Part shown: in pieces, positions 21,873 to 32,655 of the stretch
How the letters are laid out: every line of letters begins with the position of its first letter
Position numbering within the stretch: the first letter of the stretch is position 1
Assembly: GCA_963806535.1 (NCBI GenBank)
Contig: CAWDYC010000004.1
Location: 480,001-544,000 of the forward strand
Reading direction: 5' to 3'
DNA: 64,000 nucleotides
Source of the DNA: Candidatus Bathyarchaeota archaeon
GTDB taxonomy: Archaea; Thermoproteota; Bathyarchaeia; Bathyarchaeales; Bathycorpusculaceae
Notes under the pieces: model-generated
Database searches by the model: none
The model's input: only the letters and a program-made list of their open reading frames with translations
What the model was told of the DNA's origin: nothing
Position numbers and translations under genes: made by a program

Positions 21873-21949
21873 TTACCTACTCTCCCTATTCAATTCTTCT
21901 TCCGAATCTAAACATTAAACTGCTTCTACATGTTTTGCCAATGCTTAAC

Positions 21950-22150
21950 CTATTCAGTCACCTTAGGAGTGCTATCTGCTTTCTTTCGAGGTTTATACAA
22001 AACTCCGGCAATGAACAAAACAACCCCAACGATGGGTAATACGAGCACTGCTTCTTGGTGTCTTGCAAAATAGAGGACAAGGCCCACAAGAATTAATATT
22101 CCCCCAATTCCAAGGAGTCGCCCTTTGTTTGTTTGATAATAATCTTTCAT
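21950..22150 (-). CDS. Small two-TM membrane protein
   Basis: Two hydrophobic helices, basic tail, GGAGGTG RBS; follows the ABC permease. Confidence 0.65.
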   Translation of the reverse strand: MKDYYQTNKGRLLGIGGILILVGLVLYFARHQEAVLVLPIVGVVLFIAGVLYKPRKKADSTPKVTE

Positions 22151-22193
22151 GTCCACCACTTTTTCCACCTCCGCCCTCGTGCTTCCATCTTTG

Positions 22194-22937
22194 CTACTTC
22201 CACTTTGTTAGTATTTCCTCCCTACGGAAAGTCTTGGTGCTGACAAAGAAAAGCGTCACATCAACCGCTAAGAGGACCCCTGAGATTATGAGCAGGCTGC
22301 TTACGTTAAGGGTTATTATGCTTGTCTCGCTGAGGAAGAATATGCCAAGGAGTGGAAAGAGAATAAAAACCCCAAAACTGTTAGCGCTGCGCACGTCATT
22401 AACTCTCGCTGAAACAATTACACTGTACAAAACACTCATAACAATGGCAACGGGCATCAGAACCAAGAGCAAAGTGGCGATGTTCCAGTTTGGAAAATAG
22501 TAGTAGCCAAGCGTACTGAAAGTAACCGCATCAATGCCTACCATGAAGACTGCTGCAGCCGAATACATTGCTACTAAAGTTGGGATAATTGCGGAGATGG
22601 CTTTTCCAAGCAGTATTTCTCCATCAGTAAGGGGCGTGGCTAGAAGCGGTTCCAGACTCTTCTCCACTTTCTCGCCCACTATACTGTAGGAGGCAATTCC
22701 TAAGGGAGCATACGCTGCTCCTATAACTAAAAAGAAAGAAAAGGAGGTAAGCAAATTTGGAAGCACACCCGGCGCTGCAAGTCCGTGGTTCCCCCTTATT
22801 GTTAAATACTCCAGTATCAACGGGAACCCGACCGAGAGAATAACTGGGAAGATGATGATTGAAGGCCAGACGTTTTTTACTCGCCTAAATATTTTGAAGT
22901 CCCTAGCTGCTACAATCCACGCTTTGGAGAGTCTCAT
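22194..22937 (-). CDS. ABC-2 type exporter permease
   Basis: 6 TMs; SIVGEKVEKSLEPLLATP..EILLGK motif. Confidence 0.9.
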   Translation of the reverse strand: MRLSKAWIVAARDFKIFRRVKNVWPSIIIFPVILSVGFPLILEYLTIRGNHGLAAPGVLPNLLTSFSFFLVIGAAYAPLGIASYSIVGEKVEKSLEPLLATPLTDGEILLGKAISAIIPTLVAMYSAAAVFMVGIDAVTFSTLGYYYFPNWNIATLLLVLMPVAIVMSVLYSVIVSARVNDVRSANSFGVFILFPLLGIFFLSETSIITLNVSSLLIISGVLLAVDVTLFFVSTKTFRREEILTKWK

Positions 22938-23857
22938 ATTTGTTTCCTCACAAGTTTTAGATAGGTATCTTCCAGTGTTGAGCCCACCACATTGATTGAT
23001 CTGACATGGCCGCCCGCCAGCACTATAGCCTCAACTACAGGTGAATTCTCCTTGTCTGGATTTTCCACCTCAAATGTTATCGTGTCGCCGCTGGTGGACA
23101 GATTTTTGAGCGCCAGTTTTTTCAATGCCCCCAAAACGGCATCATTCACTTGCTGTTCCAATCCGACAACTGTCTTCTTACCGCTAACGGACCTTTCAAG
23201 TTCCTGCGGAGTACCAATTGCCCTAAGACTCGCATTCATTATTGCTACCTTATCGCAGATTCTCTGCGCCTCGTCGAGGTTGTGAGTGTTTAAAAAGATT
23301 GTTTTCTTCTCTTTTTTTAGTTGAAGAATAAAATCTCGGACTGTTTTCGAAGCCTCGGGATCTAGATTCGCGGTAGGTTCGTCCATAAAAATGACTTGTG
23401 GTTCATGAATTAGGGCTCGGGCTATGGCAAGTTTTTGTTTCATGCCCTTGGAAAAAGTTCCTGCCAAAACATTCCTCTTCTCCCAAAGCCCCAACATCTC
23501 AAGAAAACGGTGAATGTTCTCTTTTCTTTGGGTTTCCGGGCAATCGTATATCTTTGCAAAAAAGTCTAGGTTGTCGTAGGCTGTCAGATTTTCAGATAAT
23601 CCAACGTTATCAGAGACAAACCCGATGATTTTGCGAATTTTGAGTGAGTCTTCTTTGTTGCCTATTTCATAATTGCCAATTTTGCCGCTTCCACTGGTCT
23701 TTGATATGAGGCAGCAAAGCATTCTAACGGTTGTGGTTTTTCCTGCGCCGTTGGGTCCGAGAAAACCGAAAACTTCGCCGTCGTCAACATGAAGTGTGAG
23801 GTTGTCTACGGCTGTTAGATCTCCAAATTTTTTGGTAAGGTTGTTGATATCTATCAA
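22934..23857 (-). CDS. ABC exporter ATP-binding protein
   Basis: GPNGAGKTT, FSKGMKQK, MDEPT; probable TTG start. Confidence 0.92.
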   Translation of the reverse strand: MIDINNLTKKFGDLTAVDNLTLHVDDGEVFGFLGPNGAGKTTTVRMLCCLISKTSGSGKIGNYEIGNKEDSLKIRKIIGFVSDNVGLSENLTAYDNLDFFAKIYDCPETQRKENIHRFLEMLGLWEKRNVLAGTFSKGMKQKLAIARALIHEPQVIFMDEPTANLDPEASKTVRDFILQLKKEKKTIFLNTHNLDEAQRICDKVAIMNASLRAIGTPQELERSVSGKKTVVGLEQQVNDAVLGALKKLALKNLSTSGDTITFEVENPDKENSPVVEAIVLAGGHVRSINVVGSTLEDTYLKLVRKQI

Positions 23858-23923
23858 TGTGATTACCCTTTGGTACCGATTGTCTGCTAGAATAAGCGAA
23901 TGTTTCATAAATAATGTTGCATG

Positions 23924-23949
23924 GGTACAAAATCTGTACCAGTGTGGTA
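23924..23949. promoter_or_regulatory. Overlapping palindromes GGTACA-N5-TGTACC and TACCA-gtg-TGGTA in a divergent promoter
   Basis: Located between the ABC operon and the membrane protein/wHTH operon. Confidence 0.5.
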
Positions 23950-23999
23950 AAAGTCAAAAGAGCCATAGCACTTAAATATAGAAATTAAGGAACTAAAGT

Positions 24000-24671
24000 A
24001 TGGTCGAGGATATTTCCCCAGAGCAAATCAAGCAGGTCGCCGAAAGAGCCTTAGTCATAGAACGGTATATACTAGAGCGAGCTTGGGGGCTCTGTTATGC
24101 TGCTGTCGCCGCTGAAATTGTCCTCATACCTTTTCTGCCCTTGATTGTCCTATTCCTTGGGCTTTCAGATGGCTATTTTCTTGTTGTTGCGATCGTGGTT
24201 AACACAGCGGTGAGCATTGTGGGCGCTACAATGGTTGCTTGGATTTTCAAGAAGTCTTATAACTCCATGCTTGTACGCAGAGAAATTGTGGATTCAATAT
24301 GGACTAAATTGCTGAGGCCTTCGTGGATAGCATTAGTTTGGACGGCCTACTATTTGCCGATTCTTGCCGCAATTTTCTTGCTGCGCCACGAGTTTTTGGT
24401 TTTTAGATTCGGACTTTTGGCCACAACAGTGTTTCCTTTATTCTTTGCGTTTAAAGGTTCGTTCCCTGAGCGGCTGCCACGAGAAAGTATAGCAGTTGTG
24501 TCGGCATTAACTATTTACACGTTAGGGGGTTTTGTTGTTTCTCTCCTAAAAGCCAATGCAGGCTTTTACCTGATTCTTTGGGTAATCTTTCTTGTAGTTC
24601 TTATCTTAGCTTCTGCACATGCACGCAGACGGAAACCTCCCAGCTCTCTGGAGGATCCCCCAAATTGGTAA
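24000..24671 (+). CDS. Multi-pass membrane protein
   Basis: About 6 TM helices; translationally coupled to the wHTH gene. Confidence 0.75.
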   Translation: MVEDISPEQIKQVAERALVIERYILERAWGLCYAAVAAEIVLIPFLPLIVLFLGLSDGYFLVVAIVVNTAVSIVGATMVAWIFKKSYNSMLVRREIVDSIWTKLLRPSWIALVWTAYYLPILAAIFLLRHEFLVFRFGLLATTVFPLFFAFKGSFPERLPRESIAVVSALTIYTLGGFVVSLLKANAGFYLILWVIFLVVLILASAHARRRKPPSSLEDPPNW

Positions 24672-25006
24672 CTGACAAACAACCCAACTTCAAAATCCCC
24701 AACACAGACACAATTAAATCATTAAACGAGCAGCTAAGCGACCCCAGCCTAAAATCGTCCACCCGCATCTTGATCTTGATTTTGCTTGCCATGAACAAGA
24801 AGTTGAGTGCTTCGGAACTGCGTTCTTTTGTAGGGTTGGGAAAGGGCAGTTTGGAGAATCACTTGGCAAAAATGGAGGGTTCTGGGTTAATCAGGATACG
24901 CTCTGTTAGGTCATGGGGCGGCACATACAAAGTTGTGGAGATAACTGAGAAGGGGCTGGAAGATTGCAGGTCACTTCTTAAAAAAATTCATAGCCTGGAC
25001 GTATGA
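24665..25006 (+). CDS. MarR/ArsR-like winged-helix transcriptional regulator
   Basis: RILILILL..SELR...GLGKGSLENHLAKME..G.I...VEITEKG. Confidence 0.82.
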   Translation: MVTDKQPNFKIPNTDTIKSLNEQLSDPSLKSSTRILILILLAMNKKLSASELRSFVGLGKGSLENHLAKMEGSGLIRIRSVRSWGGTYKVVEITEKGLEDCRSLLKKIHSLDV

Positions 25007-25020
25007 TGGACCTTCGGGAG

Positions 25021-26016
25021 CTACTTTTGCGATTGCTTCTTTAGCCAATCAAAAATTGCGTTTGTAGCTTCTCCGTCAAGTTCTGCCTCTGCCGCGTTGT
25101 AATGTAAGGTGACGTATTGCGCGTCAAGCCCTTCGCGTGGCTTTTCTTCATGTTTTAGTATATGATTGGCGTTTTCTGGATAAACAAATGACACATCAGG
25201 CTTCTGAGCTGGTGCTTTCTCCAATATTTCTCCGTCAATTTTCCAATCAACTTGAATGTCTTTTTTGCCAATCACCACCAGCAAAGGTTCGTTAACTTTG
25301 GCGATGTACTCTGAGAGCTTATACATCCACAACTCTCTGGAAAACGGCAAGTTAGCGGGGGTTTCCAAGCTTTGAAGCAGCATTTTTATCCCTACTGGAA
25401 GAGACGTATCTAATCTCATGGGTTTATTAGTCAAGAAATCTGAGATGGCGTCGTCGTACGGTTTCATTAGAATTTGCACATTTGGCAAATGCTTGATTTG
25501 ATTGAAGATTTGGCTACGAGCTAATTCGCCAATTGCTCTGCCAGGTGCTCCAGTTAGAACTAATCCTTTGAACTGATTATTTTTCGCTTGCAATTGGTAG
25601 TTTACAGCGTGGATAGCGCCTTCACTGTTGGTTAGCACAAAAATATTGTCATTATTGACATTCTTTTCAGCGATTACTGTTTCTACGGCGCCTTTTAGTT
25701 CTTCTACGTGGCTTTGCATGCTTATTTTGCCTACAAGTTTGGGTATGTTTTCTTTAACGAGGGGTCCGGATGCAACTTTGTCATATCTCAACGTAACAAA
25801 GCCTTGAGTGGCGAGAGCTTCGGCCAGCAATTTGCCGCTACCATTTGTTCCAGGTAATAGGGGTGAGCACCAGTCTCGGTCAGTTGGACCACTACCTGCT
25901 ACAAAGATAATTGCTGAATGAGCCTCTTTATCAGTTGGCGCTGTGATGGTGCCATAGATGTCGACACCAAAAACCTTCCATGATACTTGCTTGTTTTCTG
26001 TAAGCTCATTTCCCAT
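25021..26016 (-). CDS. Alpha/beta-fold hydrolase
   Basis: AGSGPTDRD, LRYDK, nucleophile elbow TNSEG, GKKDIQV, NHILK. Confidence 0.85.
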   Translation of the reverse strand: MGNELTENKQVSWKVFGVDIYGTITAPTDKEAHSAIIFVAGSGPTDRDWCSPLLPGTNGSGKLLAEALATQGFVTLRYDKVASGPLVKENIPKLVGKISMQSHVEELKGAVETVIAEKNVNNDNIFVLTNSEGAIHAVNYQLQAKNNQFKGLVLTGAPGRAIGELARSQIFNQIKHLPNVQILMKPYDDAISDFLTNKPMRLDTSLPVGIKMLLQSLETPANLPFSRELWMYKLSEYIAKVNEPLLVVIGKKDIQVDWKIDGEILEKAPAQKPDVSFVYPENANHILKHEEKPREGLDAQYVTLHYNAAEAELDGEATNAIFDWLKKQSQK

Positions 26017-26263
26017 GATTGTATCCTCCAACATTCGCTGGTTAATTGCTAATTCTTCAATATATGCGCCTCAAATATAAGGTAGTAGCAAACGCTTTCA
26101 AATCGTGAAATAGGCAAGTTCTTACGTTTAGTTTGGAAAATTGTGGAGACAGCAAATCGACGGGTAAGTTAATGCTGTTCCTGCTTTGGAACAAAGTGTT
26201 CCATCGGGAGAGTAATATTCTATTAATGTATGGATTATACTGCAGTGACTTGGAGGAAAAGAA

Positions 26264-27169
26264 TTGAATGGGAAAAAAGCTTTGCTACCTTTTCTAGTTT
26301 TGGTGTTTCTGGTCCCTGTCCCCGCAAGTTTTCTAGTAGTCAAAGCAGATTCGAACAATTCTATGGTTTTACCTGGTGAAGTAACTCTTTACTCGCCCGT
26401 TAACATAACATACCCAAGCAATTTTCTCTGTTTGAATCTTACTTTTGCTTGGGGTGCTGGTATGCAATGCAAATTGAATTATAACATTGATAACCAGTTT
26501 AGCAGTCCAATCCCCCTAACTTATAATGACAGTGCTGATCCAGGATTCCAACTTTTCGCATTGGAAACAGGCTATGTTCAACTGCCAAAATTATCAAACG
26601 GTTCACATCAGTTAATCATTAACATTGAAGCCGATCTTAATGACTATCATGGCGCAAACCCTCCAGGTGCTCCCTTCAAGCAAACCACCCCCGGCAGCGC
26701 TAATTGGATAGCTTCATGGATCGACACAATCGATTTTACCATAAACTCAAATGGAAGTGATCAACCAGTCAGCACCTCAAATTTAACCAAAGCGTCAGTT
26801 CCATCTATTTCGAATCTGTCAATAGAAAACACCATTTACAACACAAACGACATTCCATTGAATTTTACCGTTGATACAAACATCTCTAAAGCCGCTTACA
26901 GCTTAGACGGGCAATCAAACATCACCATAGCTGGAAATACAACTCTAACCGGTTTGGCAGTCGGAGCCCACAATGTTACAGTGTACGCTTGGAACAACGA
27001 AGGAAACGCAAGTAGTCAAACCATCAACTTTGAAGTAGCTGACGTCAGATCTGCAGTGGTTCCGCAGTCACAACCTTTCCCAACTACAACAATTATAGCA
27101 GCTGTCTCAGCGTTTACAGTCGGGTGTGTCCTTACATTTCTGCTTTTCTTCCGGAAAGAAAAACGATAA
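26264..27169 (+). CDS. Secreted Ig-like-domain protein with a PFP-type C-terminal anchor
   Basis: Signal peptide; same PLNFTV..YSLDG..GNTTL..G.HNVTVYA module as 6294-7241; QPFPTT + TM + RKEKR. Confidence 0.75.
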   Translation: MNGKKALLPFLVLVFLVPVPASFLVVKADSNNSMVLPGEVTLYSPVNITYPSNFLCLNLTFAWGAGMQCKLNYNIDNQFSSPIPLTYNDSADPGFQLFALETGYVQLPKLSNGSHQLIINIEADLNDYHGANPPGAPFKQTTPGSANWIASWIDTIDFTINSNGSDQPVSTSNLTKASVPSISNLSIENTIYNTNDIPLNFTVDTNISKAAYSLDGQSNITIAGNTTLTGLAVGAHNVTVYAWNNEGNASSQTINFEVADVRSAVVPQSQPFPTTTIIAAVSAFTVGCVLTFLLFFRKEKR

Positions 27170-27872
27170 AGATGAGCCTGCTAGAGTTTGAGCCATAGCT
27201 TTGCTCGTCATAATCGCCATAAACCTGGTTAACTGAAAAGCCAGCCTTTTCCAACAACCCTTTTAACTGATTAAACTCATACAAACGGACACTGTGCTCA
27301 AAAATTATTAATTGTCCACTTGTTTTCTCATGAACTGTCCACAAATCTTTTAGTTTCTCGCCTTTAACATCGACGGTTCGATTTTGTAGCAGGAAAAAGC
27401 TTGGATACTCCTTCCATTTGAGTTGTTCACCGGACTCGTATCGGTTAATTAAATGTTTACGGCTAAACACGTCAATAACCAAAACCCCATTCTTGGTAAG
27501 CGCTTCATGCACTTCCATGAGACTGAGCAGGTCATCTTCCTCAGAGGGTAGGTAGCCGAAACTTGTATCCATGCTTATAGCAGCTGAAAACGCTTCAGCT
27601 TTAAAGGGCAAAAACCGCATATCCGCCTGCACCACCTGTGCCTCTTGCCATCGCCTTTTGGCAATTCGAAGAAGCTTATTCGAAATATCCAAACCGACAA
27701 CATCGAAACCTTCCTTACTCAGCCGGATCAGGTGGCGACCAGTTCCACAGGCAACATCCAGAATCAAACCCTTGACTTTCAATGTCTTTTTTATAAACTG
27801 CAATTGCTTCTCAGTTTGGTTTTGATCCGCCATTTCTGCCCAATAAACGCCCATTTCATTAAAAACATTCAT
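27132..27872 (-). CDS. Class I SAM-dependent methyltransferase
   Basis: LDVACGTGRH, GLDIS, QADMR, SFGY. Confidence 0.9.
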   Translation of the reverse strand: MNVFNEMGVYWAEMADQNQTEKQLQFIKKTLKVKGLILDVACGTGRHLIRLSKEGFDVVGLDISNKLLRIAKRRWQEAQVVQADMRFLPFKAEAFSAAISMDTSFGYLPSEEDDLLSLMEVHEALTKNGVLVIDVFSRKHLINRYESGEQLKWKEYPSFFLLQNRTVDVKGEKLKDLWTVHEKTSGQLIIFEHSVRLYEFNQLKGLLEKAGFSVNQVYGDYDEQSYGSNSSRLIFIVFLSGRKAEM

Positions 27873-28026
27873 TTCGCTTTTTTCACCCTCATTTCTCTCA
27901 TAATCATTTCAAATTACATTGTAGATAGCTAAAGATTTAGCTGTTGGTTATTAGCTTGCTGAAAATTTTTTCGAGCCGCTTAAATATCCAACAGCTTATT
28001 TTCTAATCTGTTGGAGTAATCAAGCT

Positions 28027-28717
28027 TTGAGTGAAAAACACGATTGGCAACACCTCTACATGCTACTTAAACTTGCGGAGATGGGTGCTTATAGACGAAC
28101 CGCGAAAATCTCAACAGAATACTTAGCAGGGAAACTTGGAATTTCGCAGCAGACGGCTTCTCGTTACCTCATAGAGCTTGAGCGAAAAGGCTGGATACAG
28201 AGAAATATTACTCCAGAAGGCAGCTTAATCAAAATTGAAGAAGCTGGAACCAAAGAAACTTCAGAAACTTTACTCTAACCTAAAATTACTGATTGAGAAA
28301 TCTTATCCTCCATCGGTAACGCTTGAAGGAACCGTTTTCACCGGCTTAGGTGAAGGCGCTTACTACATTGCAAAAGAATCTTATCGGAAACAGTTCACTG
28401 AAAAGCTTGGGTTTGAACCTTATCCCGGCACATTAAATTTGAAATTATCAAGCGACTACGACATTAAAACAAGAATGGAAATAGAAGCTTACCCAGCAAT
28501 CGAGATTCCAGGCTTCAAAAATGAAGACCGAACCTTCGGCCTAGTAAAATGTTATCCAGCTACAATTGACAACAAAGTAAAAGGAGCCCTAATAACTGCA
28601 CTCCGTAGCCACTATGACGTTTCAGTGCTGGAAATTATTGCGCCTGTCTGCCTCAGAAAACAATTAAATCTTAAAGACGGCAACAAAGTGAAAGTGGAAA
28701 TTTACATTCAGCCCTAA
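28027..28717 (+). CDS. ribK: CTP-dependent riboflavin kinase with an N-terminal HTH (one frameshift)
   Basis: ISQQTASR HTH; GTVFTGLGEG.YY, PYPGTLN, LEIIAP..LR..L.LKDG. Confidence 0.92.
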
Positions 28718-28719
28718 TT

Positions 28720-29329
28720 TTAGAAACGGCATAGCATTAGGTGAGTACTTAACAGAATATTCTTCATGTGGCTTACGTCTTGTAGCTAGCCAATAACCAA
28801 CAAGCAAACCAAAACCTAAACCGCCCAGATGAGCCAAAATGTTAACGCCTTCACCTGTATTGATAAAGAACAGAAAGAACGCATAAACTAACGCTCCAAG
28901 AATAGATTGCCGAACAGAACGCCTAGCATAAATCACGACATGCACCAAATAGCGAGAAGATTGCTCCGGAAGCCCCAACTGAAACAAAGAGTGGTCCGAA
29001 CGAAAGTGATAGAAGATTGCCGACTAAGCCACCGATAAGATAGATTCCTAAAAATTCTGGTAGCGAAAACATTTCTTCTCCTCTTAAACCGAATATTAAA
29101 AGGAATAGCATGTTGCCGACGAGGTGAACTATTGAGGCATGAATAAACATTGAAGTGAAAAGCTGATAGTATGCGCCTTGGAAAACGAAAAGGTTTACTT
29201 GCCCCCATTGATAGACGACGTTATTGCTCGTGGCTAAGTGCATTTCCGCCGACAATTGCTCCATAAATGTAGATGGCAACGTTTAATGCAATTAAGATGT
29301 AAGGTGGGCTTATACTTGGTACAGTTCAT
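28720..29329 (-). CDS. Rhomboid family intramembrane serine protease (frameshifted)
   Basis: SMFIH...HLVGNM, GASGAI, AHLGG motifs across three fragments. Confidence 0.85.
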
Positions 29330-29344
29330 GCGATTATGACCGGT

Positions 29345-29806
29345 TTATTTGGAGAGTTTATCGATTATTTTCTGTTTTATCTTCGAGGAACTATCTAAAG
29401 TATTCTCTCCAAACTTACCTATTCTAACAACCTTAGACATTTGATTGTGCTTGTCCAAGTAACTTCGTACCTGCTTATACATGTCTTCTTGATCATACCC
29501 CAGCGCAATTACGTCTGGCTTAATGTTTTCAATAACTTCACCAATGTCAAGACTCTCATAACCAAGAACTGTTCTGTCAACAACCTTCAAAGATTCAACC
29601 AGTGCACAACGTTGATCCTCAGACATTATAGGTTTTCTGCCTTTAGTTTTCTCAACAGTGCTATCTCTCGCAATAATAACCACGAGCTCCGCGTTTTCTC
29701 CGCCTGCCTTCTTTGCTTCCTCCAAAAACCTGACGTGCCCTAGATGAAGCAGGTCAAAAACGCCTGAAGCTAAGACAACGGTTTTCTTTCCTGATTTGTC
29801 GGCCAT
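29345..29806 (-). CDS. ribL: FAD synthetase (cytidylyltransferase family)
   Basis: GVFDLLHLGH, VIIARD, PDVIALGYDQ, SSSKIK. Confidence 0.88.
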   Translation of the reverse strand: MADKSGKKTVVLASGVFDLLHLGHVRFLEEAKKAGGENAELVVIIARDSTVEKTKGRKPIMSEDQRCALVESLKVVDRTVLGYESLDIGEVIENIKPDVIALGYDQEDMYKQVRSYLDKHNQMSKVVRIGKFGENTLDSSSKIKQKIIDKLSK

Positions 29807-30057
29807 TCGAATTTCACAGCGCCCAATAATCTTAATGCATCCAAGAGCCCTTCACAGTAGGCTACAGAGGTTAAGCTTGTTTCAAGCTTGCCTTGAGCCT
29901 TATAATACTTTGCATCCTCCAAATAATCTGTTGCCCAACGCAAAATGTTGCCTACCGCTTCTTCTGTTAGGTTAATTGGGGTTTTTGTTCGCTCAAGGTC
30001 TTTTAGAACCTTTTCTGCTGAAGAAATGTACTTTGAAGCGAGTGTTTCTAAACTCAT
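29770..30057 (-). CDS. DUF357 family protein
   Basis: YLEDAKYY..G....L....Y.EGLLDA pattern; usual neighbour of dph5. Confidence 0.82.
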   Translation of the reverse strand: MSLETLASKYISSAEKVLKDLERTKTPINLTEEAVGNILRWATDYLEDAKYYKAQGKLETSLTSVAYCEGLLDALRLLGAVKFEWPTNQERKPLS

Positions 30058-30851
30058 TTAGTGAGCCTCCTAAACTCCACGGGTGCACCAGCAAAAGCAA
30101 TTAAGGAATCAACTTCCATAAAATGCATCTCACCAGGAAAAATCAAGCTAAAAGGTGGCTCTCCAAAATCAAAGATGGCTAAATCTTTAAGAAAACCCGC
30201 TTTTAGAGTTGGTTTGTCGCTTCCTGCCCGGGCTATACCAACTGCAGGCGTGTCCGGGGTGATTATTCCTTGCTTCTTCTTCTTTTCCACCTCAAGTAGC
30301 ATTGCAATGGCTTGGTTGATGCCCAAGAACTGTTTTTCGTTAGCTTTCAAATCTAGAAGACAAAGTGTATGCAAACCAAAATTTTTGTTTTGAGCAATAA
30401 CGTTGTAGGGTGTTTCAGAAAAATTTTCTGGGAAAGGTATGGTGACTGTTTTTCCAAATTTGTAATTGTGCAGTCCCGACAAGCTAACTATAGCTGAAAT
30501 TATTGATGTACCATGAACAATTCGGGTTTTTATTCCCTGCTTCTCCGCTTCAACCCGCAAAGTAACATGGGTTGTGGCGATAAAAGGGTCGCCTGGAACA
30601 AGAAACACGGCTTTACCTTTTTTGGCTGCTTCAAGAATTGCTGATCCGTTTTCTTCTTCTAATTCACGTCTAGAAACCAACTTAACTTTTTTGCCGCATA
30701 AAGCCTCAAATCGTTGCATGCTGAAGTCTGGCATGAGACTGGTGTAGAGCTCCATGAAAACGCTGTCTGCGCTTTTTGTTTCTTCTAATCCTTTGATGCT
30801 GATGCCTTTTTCATCGTTTAATCCTAAGCCTACAAAGATAAGTTCATTCAA
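30054..30851 (-). CDS. dph5: Diphthine synthase
   Basis: FVGLGL, ELYTS, VPGDPFIATTH, YKFGKTVTI, GLHTLCLLD, ARAGS. Confidence 0.95.
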   Translation of the reverse strand: MNELIFVGLGLNDEKGISIKGLEETKSADSVFMELYTSLMPDFSMQRFEALCGKKVKLVSRRELEEENGSAILEAAKKGKAVFLVPGDPFIATTHVTLRVEAEKQGIKTRIVHGTSIISAIVSLSGLHNYKFGKTVTIPFPENFSETPYNVIAQNKNFGLHTLCLLDLKANEKQFLGINQAIAMLLEVEKKKKQGIITPDTPAVGIARAGSDKPTLKAGFLKDLAIFDFGEPPFSLIFPGEMHFMEVDSLIAFAGAPVEFRRLTK

Positions 30852-30893
30852 TTCTGAAGCCCTACAAGTAATTAGAAAGTTAAAACTTAAACG

Positions 30894-31079
30894 TTATTTC
30901 TCTTTAATTTCGCCTGCTTTAACCAGTTTGTCGTAGTAAACGCGGCAGTCATCTACTGAGATTCCTTGTCGGTGGCAGTATTTTACAAGAACTTCCTCCA
31001 CTGATTCACTTGGCTTTTTATCTTTTATCATGTCCTTCAGCTCTTGGGTTTTATGTTGCTTATCAATTTTTTCACTCAT
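30894..31079 (-). CDS. Small hypothetical protein
   Basis: 61-aa ORF with plausible composition, co-oriented with dph5. Confidence 0.55.
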   Translation of the reverse strand: MSEKIDKQHKTQELKDMIKDKKPSESVEEVLVKYCHRQGISVDDCRVYYDKLVKAGEIKEK

Positions 31080-31333
31080 AAAAATAATCCTTCAATTCTC
31101 AATTTTTCAATGAAATGTTCATTTGAATATTCTCAGGCTCTTTTATAAAAGTTGAACCCAAATCCAACTAAATTCACGAGCCTGTCGGTTCAAGAAACAA
31201 GGTGTTGCTTTCTCTTTTAAAAGCAAATTTCATTTCGCTCAAATTGGTAAAACACATTTTGGCAAATTTAGAGATTTGGAATTCACAAATCATAATAGTA
31301 TCCCGTACTCGATCATGATTAAGTGGTTGTCTA

Positions 31334-32122
31334 ATGGGTCAAGTTGCGTTATCCTTTGTGGTCCCAGCTTATAATGAAGAAGACTTCATCGAGGATACTC
31401 TTGGTACAATCGATGCAGTCATAAAAGGCAAGAACTTGACTTATGAAATTGTGGTTGTTGATGATGGTAGCCTTGACGGAACTTTGGCTAAAGTAGTTAA
31501 ATACGCAAAAAATAACGCGCATATAAAAGTGGTAAGTTACACCAAAAACATCGGAAAAGGGTACGCTGTAAAGACAGGGTTCATGCAAACTAGCGGAGAC
31601 CTAGTTGTTTTTACAGATAGTGACATGGAAATTGATTTAGGCATGGTCTCAAAATACCTCAAGGCTTTGGAAGACGGGGATATTGTTATCGCTTCTAAAC
31701 GACATTCAAGTTCACAAATCAAAGCACCCTTATCTCGTAAAATTCTAAGTCTAAGCTTCAACACCTTAGTTCGACTTCTAACTGGCGTTCCTCTTAATGA
31801 TACTCAGTCAGGACTTAAAGCGATGAAGAAGAGTGCTTTCGTTGATATTTTCCCTAGATTAACTGTCAAACGGTACGCTTTTGACGCTGAATTATTGACT
31901 GTAGCGCATCTTTATGGTTTGAAAGTTGTGGAGATGCCCGTGAAGATCAAGTTGGATGCTTCATTTAAGCCAAAAGAAATGTGGAACATGTTTATTGATT
32001 TGCTTGGAATAGCGTATAGACTTAGAGTGATTCACTGGTATCAGCGCTTGCTCCCCAAGAAAAACGGTTTTCAAAACGCGGTTTCATTCTTTCTTCGTGA
32101 AAAGGAATTAATAGCCATTTAA
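31334..32122 (+). CDS. GT2 glycosyltransferase (dolichyl-phosphate glucose/mannose synthase-like)
   Basis: VPAYNEE, VDDGS.D, GKG.AV, DSD, DTQSGLK, FDAELL. Confidence 0.9.
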   Translation: MGQVALSFVVPAYNEEDFIEDTLGTIDAVIKGKNLTYEIVVVDDGSLDGTLAKVVKYAKNNAHIKVVSYTKNIGKGYAVKTGFMQTSGDLVVFTDSDMEIDLGMVSKYLKALEDGDIVIASKRHSSSQIKAPLSRKILSLSFNTLVRLLTGVPLNDTQSGLKAMKKSAFVDIFPRLTVKRYAFDAELLTVAHLYGLKVVEMPVKIKLDASFKPKEMWNMFIDLLGIAYRLRVIHWYQRLLPKKNGFQNAVSFFLREKELIAI

Positions 32123-32179
32123 GAACCGAAATCTAAAAAAATGCGCTTGCATAGATTAAGAAATAAAAAGTCAGATGTC

Positions 32180-32548
32180 TTAACTGTTCACTTTATTTAT
32201 TTTGTATACTATTCTCAAGAGCAAGTAAACGGTTGCTACTCCATTTATGAGCACACTTAATCCGTTGAGAAGGGCGATAGATGCTCCAAAAAAGATTAGG
32301 TTGAAGGCATTGAATGAGAAAGCGTAAATCAACGTAAAAGTGGCTATTGGCCAGCTCAGACATGATTGACTATATTCAAATGGGCTAACATTTAACTTTT
32401 TACCAAGCTCAAGCCCGTCGAATTTCATACAATCATTGTCAATTCTTTCACTCATAAAATCTTCACTCTTTTTGCAATTTTTTGATAAATTATCCATTTG
32501 AATATTCTCAAACGTTTTCATAAAAATTACGCACTTAATTTGCATCAT
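32180..32548 (-). CDS. Hypothetical small membrane protein (start uncertain)
   Basis: Two C-terminal hydrophobic helices. Confidence 0.35.
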   Translation of the reverse strand: MMQIKCVIFMKTFENIQMDNLSKNCKKSEDFMSERIDNDCMKFDGLELGKKLNVSPFEYSQSCLSWPIATFTLIYAFSFNAFNLIFFGASIALLNGLSVLINGVATVYLLLRIVYKINKVNS

Positions 32549-32655
32549 TATTCAAGTTCATGCGATGATTGATAGTTAGGTGTTCCAACTTTGGAACATT
32601 TTGTTCCTTGAGTAGAACTAAATGTCATGTGAATATTCTGTGTTTGCATGGTGCG

